DNA of 64,000 bases from an uncultured Bacilli bacterium (GCA_947628895.1 CANRBS010000002.1:2818-66817), one strand, 5' to 3'; shown: positions 10,453 to 20,660, counted from the stretch's first letter. Notes: generated by a model from the sequence alone, not told the origin. Numbers and translations are program-made.

Positions 10453-10848
10453 TTAACGCTTACTGAATTGTGGTGCTCTACGAGCTTTCTTAAGTCCGTA
10501 TTTCTTTCTTTCTTTGATTCTAGCATCACGAGTAATCATTCCGTTAGCTTTTAAAACTGGTCTATTTTCAGCATTAGCAAGAAGTAATGCTCTTGTAATA
10601 CCTAATCTAATAGCTCCTGTTTGACCTGAAAATCCTCCACCTTTAACAACTACATCAATATCATATTTATCTTTTGATTCTGTTAATTCTAAAGGTTGTA
10701 CTAAATCCATTACTAAAGTACTATAAGGCATATATTCATTAACATCTTTACCATTTACAGTAATAGATCCTTTTCCAGGAGTAAGTGTAACTTTTGCTAC
10801 ACTTCTTTTTCTTCTACCTATAGCAGTATATTTATTTTTTTCAGCCAT
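10453..10848 (-). CDS. rpsI: 30S ribosomal protein S9
   Basis: Full-length S9 ending in the conserved [12 protein letters not shown]. Confidence 0.95.
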   Translation of the reverse strand: MAEKNKYTAIGRRKRSVAKVTLTPGKGSITVNGKDVNEYMPYSTLVMDLVQPLELTESKDKYDIDVVVKGGGFSGQTGAIRLGITRALLLANAENRPVLKANGMITRDARIKERKKYGLKKARRAPQFSKR

Positions 10849-10849
10849 A

Positions 10850-11281
10850 TTACTTTACCTCTAATCTTTCTGGTTTTTGAGCTTGATGTTTATGTTCACT
10901 ACCTGCATAAACAAATAATTGTCTAAACATTTCTCTTCCAAGTCTATTTTTAGGAAGCATTCCTTTAACAGCTCTTTCTACCATTTCTACTGGATATTTT
11001 TCTCTCATTACTCTAGCAGTTCTTTCTCTTAAACCACCTGGATATCCACTATGATTATAATAAATCTTTTTGTCTAATTTGTCTCCAGTTAAATTAACTT
11101 TTTCAGCATTAATAATAATTACATTATCTCCACAAGCTAAATGTGGTGTATAAGTTGGTTTATGTTTTCCTCTTAATACATGAGCAGCAGCTGCAGCAAC
11201 TTTACCTAAGTTCTTACCTTCTGCATCAATAACATACCACTTATGTTCAATGTCTTCTTTTTTTAACATAAATGTTTTCAT
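10850..11281 (-). CDS. rplM: 50S ribosomal protein L13
   Basis: Full-length L13 ([13 protein letters not shown]...), directly upstream of rpsI. Confidence 0.95.
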   Translation of the reverse strand: MKTFMLKKEDIEHKWYVIDAEGKNLGKVAAAAAHVLRGKHKPTYTPHLACGDNVIIINAEKVNLTGDKLDKKIYYNHSGYPGGLRERTARVMREKYPVEMVERAVKGMLPKNRLGREMFRQLFVYAGSEHKHQAQKPERLEVK

Positions 11282-11406
11282 AATTTTTTCCCTTCTTTAA
11301 TTTCAATGCAGTCATATTTGCAACTATGACATTTCTATCCCACAGAAATTGCATCTCCATTAAAATGTACCGTGAATATTATATAAAAAGTATATTTTAA
11401 TGTCAA
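11282..11406 (-). promoter_or_regulatory. rplM-rpsI promoter plus structured 5' leader (candidate r-protein autoregulatory leader)
   Basis: Reverse strand reads TTGACA (11401-11406), a 17 nt spacer, then TATAAT (11378-11383). The roughly 88 nt leader has nested helices: ATGCA/TGCAT enclosing TTTCT..AGAAA and GTCATA..TATGAC. Confidence 0.45.
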
Positions 11407-11564
11407 ACATTTTTTACTATTTTTACGATATTTTTTGATTTTTTTATTAAAATTTTAAATTTGAATACAATTTACGACAAAAAGTATCCCTCCTGAATGC
11501 TTGACAATATAAAAGATTAATTATAAAATTGATATATAATAGCAAGTATATGGAGGTTATTATA

Positions 11565-12692
11565 ATGAAGAATAAAATTGGGATAGTAATTACATCATTA
11601 TTATTTATAATAAGTAGTGCAGCAGCTGCTACGGGGTATGTTTATAGTAAAGAAGGAAATGTTGATAAAACAAATACTGATAATAATAAAGATACAATAA
11701 CTTATGAATATTATTTAGATGATGTTAAACAAACAAATATGCCACAAAAAGAAGAATTATTAGATGAATTTGGAAATCCAACTGGAAAAAATAAATATTT
11801 ATTTTCTAGATTCAATTGTACTAATAATGTAAGTGGAAGTTTTGATGAAGAAAATTGGAACTTTAATCCTGAAAATGAAAAAGAAAGTACATGTAGTTTA
11901 TATTTTGTTAATTCACAATATACTGTTACAGTTGATGCAAGAGGTGGAATTGTAACATCTAGTAATCCTAATATTGTTGATAGAGGATCTGATATAGAAT
12001 TTAATATAACTCCTGATGAAGGATATGAATTTACAGGTACTGAAGTTACATGTTCAAATAATAAAACTGCTACTTGGGATCAATCTACAAATACTTTAAG
12101 TGTTAGTAGTGTAACTGAAGATATGGCATGTACTATCTCATTTACAATAAAAGAATTACGAGTTGATATAACAGTTAAAAATGGAACTGGTAACACTACA
12201 GAGAATACTAGTTATGGTGGTAATATTTCTGCTATAGTTGAACCTAATAGTGGATATGAAAATCCAACTGTTACTTGTACTAATAAACAAGAAGCAAAAT
12301 TTGAAAACAATAAATTAATTATAGATAAATTAACTGATAATACAGCATGTACTATTAGCTTTTCAAAAGTCGAACCTAAAAATTATAATGTTAAATTAAC
12401 AGATATACCTGAAGAAGTTACAGTAACAACTGCTAAAGAATTTACAATAGTTTCTGGTGGTACAGTTACATTTACTTTAAAAGCTAATGATGGATTTGTT
12501 GTTTCTGGTATAAGTTGTACACCACAAGTAGTTCCTGAAACAACAAATAATGCTGATGGAACTGTAAGTTATAAATTCTTATCAGTTACTCAAGATATTG
12601 ATTGTAAAATCACTGCAAGTGCTAAAATAACTGATCCAACACCAACTGATACTTCAAGTGAGCAAGAGCAACAAGAGCAAACTCAAAATTAA
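11565..12692 (+). CDS. Secreted/surface protein with three to four tandem Ig-like repeats (divergent InlB B-repeat-like)
   Basis: ATG at 11565 preceded by GGAGG. Signal/anchor helix, then about 75 aa repeats each ending in a conserved Cys motif (ACTISF / DCKITA). Gln/Glu-rich tail. Confidence 0.45.
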   Translation: MKNKIGIVITSLLFIISSAAAATGYVYSKEGNVDKTNTDNNKDTITYEYYLDDVKQTNMPQKEELLDEFGNPTGKNKYLFSRFNCTNNVSGSFDEENWNFNPENEKESTCSLYFVNSQYTVTVDARGGIVTSSNPNIVDRGSDIEFNITPDEGYEFTGTEVTCSNNKTATWDQSTNTLSVSSVTEDMACTISFTIKELRVDITVKNGTGNTTENTSYGGNISAIVEPNSGYENPTVTCTNKQEAKFENNKLIIDKLTDNTACTISFSKVEPKNYNVKLTDIPEEVTVTTAKEFTIVSGGTVTFTLKANDGFVVSGISCTPQVVPETTNNADGTVSYKFLSVTQDIDCKITASAKITDPTPTDTSSEQEQQEQTQN

Positions 12693-12693
12693 T

Positions 12694-12719
12694 AAGTTTT
12701 CTTAAATGAAAACTTTTTT
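12694..12719 (+). terminator. Rho-independent terminator
   Basis: AAGTTTTC / GAAAACTT 8 bp stem with a 6 nt loop, followed by a T-run. Confidence 0.7.
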
Positions 12720-12767
12720 ATTGCATTTATTTTCTTTAAATGTTAAATTATCTATGAGGAAAAAATT

Positions 12768-13748
12768 ATGTGGAAAATTGGTAATGTTGAAATAAAAAAT
12801 AGAGTTGTATTTGCCCCTATGGCAGGAATTTCTAATGAAAGTTTTAGAAAAATAATTAAAGAGATGGGTTCAGGACTTATATATAGTGAAATGGTAAGCA
12901 ACATGGGAATTATTTATAATAGTAAAAACACTCTAGATTTGCTTAAAATAAATGATGATGAAAGACCTATAAGCATTCAGATATTTGGAAGTGACAAAGA
13001 TAGTTTTGTTAAAGCTGCTAAATATGTTTGTGAAAATATTAAACCTGATATTCTTGATATTAATATGGGGTGCCCTGTACCTAAAGTTGCATTAAAATCT
13101 CAAGCAGGATCAGGACTTTTAAAAAATCCAGATAAAATATATGAAATAGTTTCTTCAGTAGTTAATAATGTAAATATTCCTGTTACAGTGAAAATAAGGG
13201 CTGGATGGGATAGTAAATCAATAAATTGTGTAGAAGTAGCAAAATTAATAGAAAAAGCTGGAGCTAGTGCAATTGCAATACATCCAAGGACAAGAGAACA
13301 AGGCTACACAGGAAATGCTGATTGGAAGTTAATCAAAGAAGTAAAAGAAGCTATAAATATACCTGTTATTGGAAATGGAGACATTAAAACAATTTATGAT
13401 GCAAAAAGAATGTTGGATGAAACTAAATGTGATGCCATTATGATTGGAAGAGCTGCAATAGGTAATCCTTGGTTTATAAAAGAATGTGTAGAATATATAG
13501 AAAATAATAAAATAATTGAAGAGCCTACTTATAAAGATAGAATTGATATGATTGTGAAACATTACAATTTAATTAAAAAAAATATGGGGGATAGAAAAGC
13601 CATACTTGATATAAAAACTCATGCTCTTGCTTATCTAAAATATATTCCAAAAAGTAAAGAATTAAAAACTGAACTTGCAACTTGTAAAAGTGAAGATGAG
13701 TTTATGAAATGTATCAATAAAATTTATGAACATATTAAAAAATTATAA
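12768..13748 (+). CDS. dusB: tRNA-dihydrouridine synthase
   Basis: Dus TIM-barrel signature (VFAPMAGISN, DINMGCPVPKV). Confidence 0.85.
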   Translation: MWKIGNVEIKNRVVFAPMAGISNESFRKIIKEMGSGLIYSEMVSNMGIIYNSKNTLDLLKINDDERPISIQIFGSDKDSFVKAAKYVCENIKPDILDINMGCPVPKVALKSQAGSGLLKNPDKIYEIVSSVVNNVNIPVTVKIRAGWDSKSINCVEVAKLIEKAGASAIAIHPRTREQGYTGNADWKLIKEVKEAINIPVIGNGDIKTIYDAKRMLDETKCDAIMIGRAAIGNPWFIKECVEYIENNKIIEEPTYKDRIDMIVKHYNLIKKNMGDRKAILDIKTHALAYLKYIPKSKELKTELATCKSEDEFMKCINKIYEHIKKL

Positions 13749-13834
13749 TGAAATTTATATAAAAAATACTAGCAAATTCTTGTAATGTTAGTATTTTTTA
13801 TTATATAATATTTCTAAGGAGGAAATTAGAGAAA

Positions 13835-15295
13835 ATGAAAAAAACAGGATTATTTAAAATAATCACAATAGTATTATTAGTAGTAATGGTATTAACTTGG
13901 ATTTTTTCAGCAAGTTATTTACCAAATGGTACTGAAATAGCTGAAATGGGATTTGAATATAAGATTGGATTTTTTGATTTTTTTCAATTATTATTTGGAG
14001 CCTATTCTTTTCCATATTTCATACAAATAGCTTTACTAATACTTTCTGTTGGAGCTCTTTATGAAGTATTAGGTAAAACTGGAAAATATAGAGCTTGGGT
14101 AGAAAAAATTGCAGCAAAATTAAAAAGAAAGGAATTAATATTTTTAATTGTTTCATCATTTGTTATAGCTATATTAACATCTGTATTTGATTTTGGATTT
14201 AGTTTATTTATCTTTTTGCCATTTATAATAAGTATTATTCTTGCAATAGGATATGATAAAATAACAGCTTGTTTAGCTACATTTGGATCAATGCTAATTG
14301 GTACAATTGGAAGCACAATTGGTTATAATACAACTGGACTAATAAATAAAATTTTAGGTGTAGAATTAAATAATGCAATTACATTTAAAATTGTTCTATT
14401 TGTATTATCTTTTGCAGCTTTATTATTCTTCTTATGTGCAGCTAAAAGAAGCAAAAGTGCTAATAAAGAAGATTTAGATTTGTTATTAGGAGAAAAAAAT
14501 TCTACTAAACATTCTATAATACCTATAATTATTATATTTATATTATTATTTGTATTATTAGTATTAGGTTGCACTAATTGGGAAAGTACATTTGGTATTA
14601 CAGCATTTAATGATCTTAATACAACTATTACAGAGTTCTCACCAAAATTACCATTCTTCCATATTACTACAAATGGAGTTGAATATGGAATGGAAGAAAC
14701 TGCAATATTTGCTTCAATATTTGGAAAGAGTGTTGCAGCATTTGGTTCTTGGGGTTATGGTGAAATGACTGTTATAATTTTAATAGCTACTATAGTCTTA
14801 GGATTATGTTATGGAATGAAATTAAAAGGTACATTTGAAAATATGTTCGAAGGAGCTAAAAAATTATTAGTTCCAGCTGCATTAGTAGTTCTTACATATG
14901 CTGTTGTATATTTTTCAGGAAATACTATGTTCTATACAACTCTTGAAAATACTATATTGAGTCTAACTAGTAAATTTAAAGTTGTTTCTATATTAACTAG
15001 TACAATTTCTATTTCTTTAGGTTCTTTATTAAATGTAGATATGGTTTACTTTGTTAACTATGTACTTCCATTAGTAATGAATACTTTAAATAACAATGTA
15101 GTAACTGCAATAATTTCTCAAGGAATATATGGAGTAACAATGCTTATTGCTCCTACTAGTGCTATATTGGTATTAGGACTTAGTTATCTTAACATTCCAT
15201 ATAAAGAATGGATCAAAAAGATTTGGAAATTAGTTCTTATATTACTTGCTGTAGTATTGATTGTTTCAATATTAGCATTATATATAAAACTTTAA
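13835..15295 (+). CDS. Polytopic membrane transporter, YfcC / C4-dicarboxylate anaerobic carrier-like
   Basis: About 12 TM helices and length typical of the YfcC family. Assignment is by overall resemblance only. Confidence 0.45.
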   Translation: MKKTGLFKIITIVLLVVMVLTWIFSASYLPNGTEIAEMGFEYKIGFFDFFQLLFGAYSFPYFIQIALLILSVGALYEVLGKTGKYRAWVEKIAAKLKRKELIFLIVSSFVIAILTSVFDFGFSLFIFLPFIISIILAIGYDKITACLATFGSMLIGTIGSTIGYNTTGLINKILGVELNNAITFKIVLFVLSFAALLFFLCAAKRSKSANKEDLDLLLGEKNSTKHSIIPIIIIFILLFVLLVLGCTNWESTFGITAFNDLNTTITEFSPKLPFFHITTNGVEYGMEETAIFASIFGKSVAAFGSWGYGEMTVIILIATIVLGLCYGMKLKGTFENMFEGAKKLLVPAALVVLTYAVVYFSGNTMFYTTLENTILSLTSKFKVVSILTSTISISLGSLLNVDMVYFVNYVLPLVMNTLNNNVVTAIISQGIYGVTMLIAPTSAILVLGLSYLNIPYKEWIKKIWKLVLILLAVVLIVSILALYIKL

Positions 15296-15301
15296 GAGTG
15301 T

Positions 15302-16696
15302 TTGAAAAAACATTCTTTTTTTTGTAATTTTTTAGAAGTTTTAACTCATACTATTAGTATGATAACTTATGATAATGAATTAATTAATATTTTAAAAAGC
15401 AGTGAAATAGAAGCTATGAATTTAAATTATAAATATGTTGGAAGTGAACACTTTATATTAGCTTTATTAAAAAGTGATACAAGTATAAGTAAACTGCTAA
15501 ATAAATTTAATGTAAATTATGATACTTTTTTAAATGAAGTAAAATTAATTAAAATAAAATCTAAAAGTAATATATTACTTTATACTCCACTTTTTAAAAG
15601 AATATTATTAATGGCTTATGATAATAATAAAATTACAACTAAAAAAGTGTTTTGTAGTTTAATTGAAAATGGTGAAGGAATTGCTTTTTCTATTCTTACT
15701 AATTTAAATGTAGATATTAGAAAATTATATAAAGAGTTAAATAATGATAATAAAATTTCTTATGGAATTAATTTAAATGAAGAAAATAAATTAAATCATG
15801 AAAAAGTTATAGGCAGAGAAAAAGAAATTAATGAAATTATAGAAATTTTATGTAGAAAAAATAAAAATAATCCTATTTTAATTGGACCAGCTGGTGTTGG
15901 TAAGACTGCTTTAGTGGAAGAACTTGCATATAGAATTAATGAAAAGAATGTACCACAAGAATTACTTAACAAAAAAATTATTTCAATAAATTTAGCTGAT
16001 TTAATTAGTGGAACTAGGTATAGAGGAGAATTTGAAGAAAAAATGCAATCTATGATTAAAGAATTTGAATCTAATTCTAATCTAATACTATTTATTGATG
16101 AAATACATACATTAGTAGGTGCGGGTGGTGCTGAAGGTGCTATAGATGCATCTAATATCATGAAGCCTTATTTAGCTAGAAATAAATTAAAATGTATTGG
16201 AGCTACTACTATAGAAGAATACAATAAAACTATATTAACAGACAAAGCTTTAAATAGAAGATTTTATAAAATAGAAATAAATGAACCAACTTTTGATGAA
16301 ACAATAAATATATTAAAAAATACTAAAAAATATTATGAAGATTATCACAATGTTTATATAAATAATAATCAAATTAAATTAATAGTTAGTTTAGCTAAAA
16401 AATATATAAAAAACAAATACGAGCCTGATAAAAGTTTAGATATTTTAGATAAAATTTGTACTAAAGCTAAATTATTAAATTATAAAAATAGTAATACTAA
16501 AAATGAAAAATTAAATATATTAATGAAATCTAAAGAAGAAGCAATTAAAAATAAAGAATTTAAAAATGCAACTAAAATAAATAATGAAATAAATAAATTA
16601 AAAAAGAAAAATGAAAAAATTAGTGTTAATAATTTGTTTATTAAAGAGTGTTTTAACATTCATAATAGTAATACACTAGGATTTAAAATTAATTAA
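15302..16696 (+). CDS. ClpC-like AAA+ protein truncated after the D1/UVR region (no D2 module)
   Basis: Clp_N repeats, Walker A GPAGVGKTA, Walker B LFIDEIH, UVR-like KEEAIKNKEFKNATKINNEINKL, then stop. Start uncertain: TTG at 15302 or ATG at 15359. Confidence 0.65.
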   Translation: MKKHSFFCNFLEVLTHTISMITYDNELINILKSSEIEAMNLNYKYVGSEHFILALLKSDTSISKLLNKFNVNYDTFLNEVKLIKIKSKSNILLYTPLFKRILLMAYDNNKITTKKVFCSLIENGEGIAFSILTNLNVDIRKLYKELNNDNKISYGINLNEENKLNHEKVIGREKEINEIIEILCRKNKNNPILIGPAGVGKTALVEELAYRINEKNVPQELLNKKIISINLADLISGTRYRGEFEEKMQSMIKEFESNSNLILFIDEIHTLVGAGGAEGAIDASNIMKPYLARNKLKCIGATTIEEYNKTILTDKALNRRFYKIEINEPTFDETINILKNTKKYYEDYHNVYINNNQIKLIVSLAKKYIKNKYEPDKSLDILDKICTKAKLLNYKNSNTKNEKLNILMKSKEEAIKNKEFKNATKINNEINKLKKKNEKISVNNLFIKECFNIHNSNTLGFKIN

Positions 16697-16748
16697 ATAC
16701 TTTTATATTTCACAAAATAATGTTAAAATAAATATAGGTGATTAGAAA

Positions 16749-17414
16749 ATGGATTTAATATTAATTTTAATAATTATACTTATACCAATTTATGCACAAA
16801 TTAAAGTTACATCATCATATCATAAGTATTCAATGAAAGATAATAGTAGAAATATATCTGGTAAGGATGTAGCTAGAATGATACTTGATAAAAATGGATT
16901 AGAAAATGTTTCTATAGGTGAAATAGGAGGAGAACTTTCAGATCATTATAATCCAACTTCAAAACATATAAATTTATCAAGTGGTATATATTCAGGTACT
17001 TCTGTTGCTTCTGTAGCAGTTGCTGCTCATGAATGTGGACATGCTATTCAAGACAAAGAAAATTATGGATTCTTAAGATTTAGAACAGCTATGGTTCCTA
17101 TTGTTAATTTTACATCAAGATTTGCTACAATATTTATATTTCTTGGCTTTTTTCTAGAAGTTATAAACTTAGTAGACATAGGAATATTACTTTTATTAGT
17201 TGGTTTATTTTTTCAATTAATAACTCTACCAGTTGAATTTGATGCTTCTAAAAGAGCAAAAGAAGAATTAAAAAAATGTGGTTTAATTGAGAATAATGAT
17301 GTTAAAGGAACTAATAAAGTTTTAAATGCTGCTGCATTTACCTATGTTGCAAGTTTCCTTGCTATGGCACTTCAAGTTGTTAGATTAATATTAATTAGTA
17401 GAGATAATAATTAA
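16749..17414 (+). CDS. Zinc metallopeptidase, YugP-like (Zn_peptidase_2)
   Basis: HECGHAIQ HExxH motif; membrane-embedded C-terminal half. Confidence 0.8.
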   Translation: MDLILILIIILIPIYAQIKVTSSYHKYSMKDNSRNISGKDVARMILDKNGLENVSIGEIGGELSDHYNPTSKHINLSSGIYSGTSVASVAVAAHECGHAIQDKENYGFLRFRTAMVPIVNFTSRFATIFIFLGFFLEVINLVDIGILLLLVGLFFQLITLPVEFDASKRAKEELKKCGLIENNDVKGTNKVLNAAAFTYVASFLAMALQVVRLILISRDNN

Positions 17415-17421
17415 TAACCAA

Positions 17422-17455
17422 AAAATAATAGTTTTGCTAACTATTATTTTTATTT
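17422..17455. terminator. Bidirectional Rho-independent terminator between convergent genes
   Basis: AAAATAATAGT / ACTATTATTTT 11 bp stem with a 7 nt loop; A-run before and T-run after. Confidence 0.7.
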
Positions 17456-17474
17456 GCTAACTATTAAAGATTTA

Positions 17475-17687
17475 TTATTTTGTATATGGTAATAAAGCCA
17501 TATATCTTGCTCTTTTTATTTGATTAGCAATATGTCTTTGATGTTTTGCACATGCACCAGTCATTCTTCTAGGTAAAATTTTACCTTTTTCATTAATATA
17601 TTTAGATACAATTGCTACATCTTTATAATCTACTGGTTTTCCGGCACACATTTGACATATTTTTTTTCTTCTATAAAATTCAGCCAT
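17475..17687 (-). CDS. rpsR: 30S ribosomal protein S18
   Basis: 70 aa S18 ([32 protein letters not shown]). Confidence 0.95.
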   Translation of the reverse strand: MAEFYRRKKICQMCAGKPVDYKDVAIVSKYINEKGKILPRRMTGACAKHQRHIANQIKRARYMALLPYTK

Positions 17688-17701
17688 TATTTCCTCCTTA
17701 T

Positions 17702-18178
17702 CTAAAATGGTAAATCATTGTCACTCAATGATACTTCTTTATCATAATTTTCATAAGGATCTGAATCTGGAATATCAAATTCTGGCACTATATCAATTGG
17801 TGGTTCACTTGGTGCATCTATATAACTATTATCAGTTGTAGTTGTACTATTCATTGAATCATTCTTTCCACCAACAAATTCTACATTTTCTACTATAACT
17901 TCTGTTACATATCTTTTTGTTCCATCTTGAGCATCATAATTTCTAACTTGAACTCTACCATCTAAACAAATCATATTTCCTTTTTTGAAATATTTAGATA
18001 TAAAATCTGCTGTTTGTCTAAATGCTACACAAGGTAAAAAGTCCGCATCATAATTTCCATCTTTATTCTTAAAGTTTCTATTTACAGCTACAGTAAAATT
18101 TACAGTATTAAAGCCAGCACTTGTTGTTCTCAATTCTGGATCTCTAGTAAGTCTACCAACTAAAATTATTTTATTCAT
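17702..18178 (-). CDS. ssb: Single-stranded DNA-binding protein
   Basis: OB fold ([17 protein letters not shown]) with an acidic C-terminal DLPF tip; sits between rpsF and rpsR. Confidence 0.95.
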   Translation of the reverse strand: MNKIILVGRLTRDPELRTTSAGFNTVNFTVAVNRNFKNKDGNYDADFLPCVAFRQTADFISKYFKKGNMICLDGRVQVRNYDAQDGTKRYVTEVIVENVEFVGGKNDSMNSTTTTDNSYIDAPSEPPIDIVPEFDIPDSDPYENYDKEVSLSDNDLPF

Positions 18179-18181
18179 AAA

Positions 18182-18469
18182 CTACTCCTCTTCTCTTATG
18201 ATAATATGTCTTAAGATATTTTCATCAATTTTTGCTTTACGATCAAATTCTTTTACTGCAGCAGCTGATGCTTCTACATTAAATACATAGTAATTTCCTC
18301 TTACTTGTTTGTTAATTGGATATGCTAATTTCTTTTGTCCCATATCCTTTGTATTAACGATTTTAGCTTTCATATCAGTAAGTACTTTTTCAAAAGCAGA
18401 AACTGTATCTTTTTGTGCTTTTTCGTCAATATCAGTTTTAACAATAAACATTATCTCATATTTGTTCAT
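18182..18469 (-). CDS. rpsF: 30S ribosomal protein S6
   Basis: MNKYEIMFIV... is a typical S6; first gene of rpsF-ssb-rpsR. Confidence 0.95.
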   Translation of the reverse strand: MNKYEIMFIVKTDIDEKAQKDTVSAFEKVLTDMKAKIVNTKDMGQKKLAYPINKQVRGNYYVFNVEASAAAVKEFDRKAKIDENILRHIIIREEE

Positions 18470-18561
18470 TATTACACCTCCTTTTGGTCTAAACGGCTTC
18501 TAAATGAAGCAAGGAACTTTTCGTTCGAAAGTATTATAGCACACAAAGTCCTATTTAACAA
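18470..18561 (-). promoter_or_regulatory. rpsF promoter and short structured leader
   Basis: Reverse strand reads TTGTTA (18556-18561), a 17 nt spacer, then TGCTATAAT (-10 at 18533-18538). The leader has GAAC/GTTC and GCTTC/GAAGC hairpins and is more G/C-rich than its surroundings. Confidence 0.45.
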
Positions 18562-18604
18562 TATTTTTTTACAAAAAAAATTATCAATAAAAATTGATAC
18601 TTTT

Positions 18605-19258
18605 TTAATTTTTAGCTTTTATCTTTTTTAACTCTTCATAGTACATAATTCTAGCGGTTACCATATAAGGTAATATCCATATATATAAAATTCCAAATGT
18701 TAATACTGATAAAAATATCCATCCAAGAAAACTTAATTGAAAGCTAAAATAGTCTGCTTTATATCCATCCATTAGTTCATTACTTTTTTGAAGCATATTT
18801 TTAGTATGTAATTCTTCAGATGTAGCTTCTGCTAATAAGAATGTTAACATTGCATATTTTAATGCATAAATAATACCTGGTATTACAAATAATAATGCGA
18901 ATAATGATATAATTAAATTAGAATAAATTGTTATTCCAATTATTTTCCACATATACTCTTTTTTATATTTTGATAGTATTGTTTCCTTTAAATTTACTTT
19001 TTCTCCTCTAACTAATTTTATATAATATTGAGCTAATCCAACACCTAAAGGTAAAAGACCAAGTTCTATAATTGTAGAAATTATATTAAAGAAAAAATTT
19101 TCATCACTAATTTCAAAATCAAATATTATTGATAACACACCTAAAATCAAACTAATTAATAAACCTATACTCATTATTAATAAAGGTACTTTCCAAAAAT
19201 TCCATTTATTATTAAAACCAAATTCTTTAGCTTTTGCTTTTATTTCCTTTCTATTCAT
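18605..19258 (-). CDS. DUF975-family integral membrane protein (paralog 1)
   Basis: MNRKEIKAKAKEFGFNNKW start, four TM helices. Shares IPGIIYALKYAMLTFLLAEATS with the neighbouring gene. Confidence 0.7.
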   Translation of the reverse strand: MNRKEIKAKAKEFGFNNKWNFWKVPLLIMSIGLLISLILGVLSIIFDFEISDENFFFNIISTIIELGLLPLGVGLAQYYIKLVRGEKVNLKETILSKYKKEYMWKIIGITIYSNLIISLFALLFVIPGIIYALKYAMLTFLLAEATSEELHTKNMLQKSNELMDGYKADYFSFQLSFLGWIFLSVLTFGILYIWILPYMVTARIMYYEELKKIKAKN

Positions 19259-19366
19259 TTTTTACCTCCAACTTCTATCTTATAATAAAATTATATATAT
19301 ATATATTAAAAGTCAAGAAGAATTTTTTAAGCTACAAAAAAATATCAATAAAATTGATACTTTTTA

Positions 19367-20011
19367 CTATTTTGATTTTAATTGTTTTAATTTTTCAAAA
19401 TACATAATTTCTGCTGTTTGCATATATGGAAGAACCCAGATGAATAATATTCCAAAAGTTAAACCACATAAGAATCCCCAACCAATAAAACTTAATTGAA
19501 ATACAAAATAATCCCATTTATATCCATCCATTAATTCACTACTTTTTTGAAGGATATTTTCACTTTGCAACTCTTTAGAAGTAGCTTCTGCCAATAAGAA
19601 TGTTAACATTGCATATTTTAATGCATAAATAATTCCTGGAATTACTAATAGTAATGACATTAACATAATTATTAAATTAGCTAAAATTGTTGTTGTAATT
19701 ATTTTCCACATATATTCTTTTTGATACTTTGACAATAATGTTTCTTTTAAATCTACATTTTTACCTTTAATAACTTGTATTAGGTAACTTACTAATCCTA
19801 CTGACATTGGTAATAATGCTAATTCAACTACTATTACTAAAAGATCATATAATAAACTTTCCTCATCTAAACCTAATAAAATTGTGATAAGACTTACAAT
19901 AGCATAAAGTACTGAACTAATTAATCCTACAATTAATAGTGGTTTCCAAATAAGCCATTTATTATTAAATCCAAATTCTTTTGCTTTCTCTTTAATTGCC
20001 TTTCTATCCAT
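19367..20011 (-). CDS. DUF975-family integral membrane protein (paralog 2)
   Basis: Collinear paralog of 18605..19258, with the same TATCAAT/ATTGATA hairpin downstream. Confidence 0.7.
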   Translation of the reverse strand: MDRKAIKEKAKEFGFNNKWLIWKPLLIVGLISSVLYAIVSLITILLGLDEESLLYDLLVIVVELALLPMSVGLVSYLIQVIKGKNVDLKETLLSKYQKEYMWKIITTTILANLIIMLMSLLLVIPGIIYALKYAMLTFLLAEATSKELQSENILQKSSELMDGYKWDYFVFQLSFIGWGFLCGLTFGILFIWVLPYMQTAEIMYFEKLKQLKSK

Positions 20012-20158
20012 TTTACTTCACCTCCTTACTACTATATATTAATATAATTATATAATATTTTTTATTTTATTACTATAATTTATTTAAATAATGTATATAA
20101 TTTTGTAATTTTTTTAAAATCAGACTAATATTATTAATATACTCTCAAGGTGCCATTT

Positions 20159-20187
20159 TTGACATTTTACGAGTTTTATGATATAAT
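20159..20187 (+). promoter_or_regulatory. Near-consensus sigma-A promoter
   Basis: TTGACA (20159-20164), a 17 nt spacer, then TGATATAAT with extended -10 (TATAAT at 20182-20187). Confidence 0.75.
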
Positions 20188-20193
20188 GTTATT

Positions 20194-20660
20194 CGTATGG
20201 AGCATTATGCTAGTCAACCATACCACTAGAAGATGGGGCTAAAAATCCATTAATTGTGCAAGAAGGTACTTTATATATTTTGCTTCTTTCGCCCAGATTG
20301 GGGTGGATATATAATTTAAGATTTAAGGAAAATATGCAATGGCATGTATATGAAATCCTTTTATCAATCCGTGAAGTGATGATATGCACATGTCGTGAGT
20401 GATTTGTTGGGATAATTATTTTGAAAAATAAATTGCAAAAGCGAATAAAAGTGTCATATGATTGTTTGGGAAAACCTCTAGTGTGTTCTTATTATAAAGA
20501 TTGAAGTGCGGACTAAGTGGTGATCGAGTGATCATACAAGGTAACTTATGATTAATATCTTTAAAAAGAAATTGCCTACAGGTAACTAAGGGTAGATATT
20601 AGAGAAATTCAACTCGACCAAAGCCGTAAAATTAATTTATAATAATCCATACAAAATTTC
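20194..20660 (+). ncRNA. Candidate large structured RNA / long 5' leader (OLE-like hypothesis)
   Basis: About 470 nt with no ORF and its own strong promoter. Visibly richer in G/C than other spacers. Has local hairpins (CCCAGATTGGGG, GATCGAGTGATC, CTACAGGTAACTAAGGGTAG). 5' GTATGG (20195-20200) can pair with CCATAC at 20647-20652. No terminator before the downstream CDS. Confidence 0.4.

Noticed and set aside
11529-11564. Longer N-terminus (TTG start at 11529) for the surface-repeat protein
   Set aside because: The internal ATG at 11565 has a GGAGG at optimal spacing and yields a normal signal/anchor sequence (MKNKIGIVITSLLFII).
13329-14574. Short antisense ORFs 13329..13562, 14059..14316 and 14323..14574
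   Set aside because: They are embedded antisense in dusB and the YfcC-like transporter, with no RBS and biased composition. The same applies to 3980..4210, 15796..16161, 18309..18503, 18335..18631, 22865..23122, 27023..27313, 35456..35674, 35890..36165, 36568..36771, 38885..39079, 40328..40537, 42521..42721, 42992..43393, 45158..45361, 49991..50287, 62033..62227 and 62775..62981.
15302-16696. ClpC-like gene as a recently truncated pseudogene
   Set aside because: Only 52 nt separate it from the next gene and no D2-like coding remnant is visible. It is therefore reported as a bona fide short form, pending a tblastn check.
20194-20660. RNase P RNA, tmRNA, T-box or M-box identity for the long leader
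   Set aside because: Hallmark motifs are absent. There is no GAGGAAAGTCC (RNase P), no tRNA-like 3' end or tag ORF (tmRNA), no T-box sequence or specifier architecture, and no GTTAGGTG/GCTAAAGCTCTAC (M-box).
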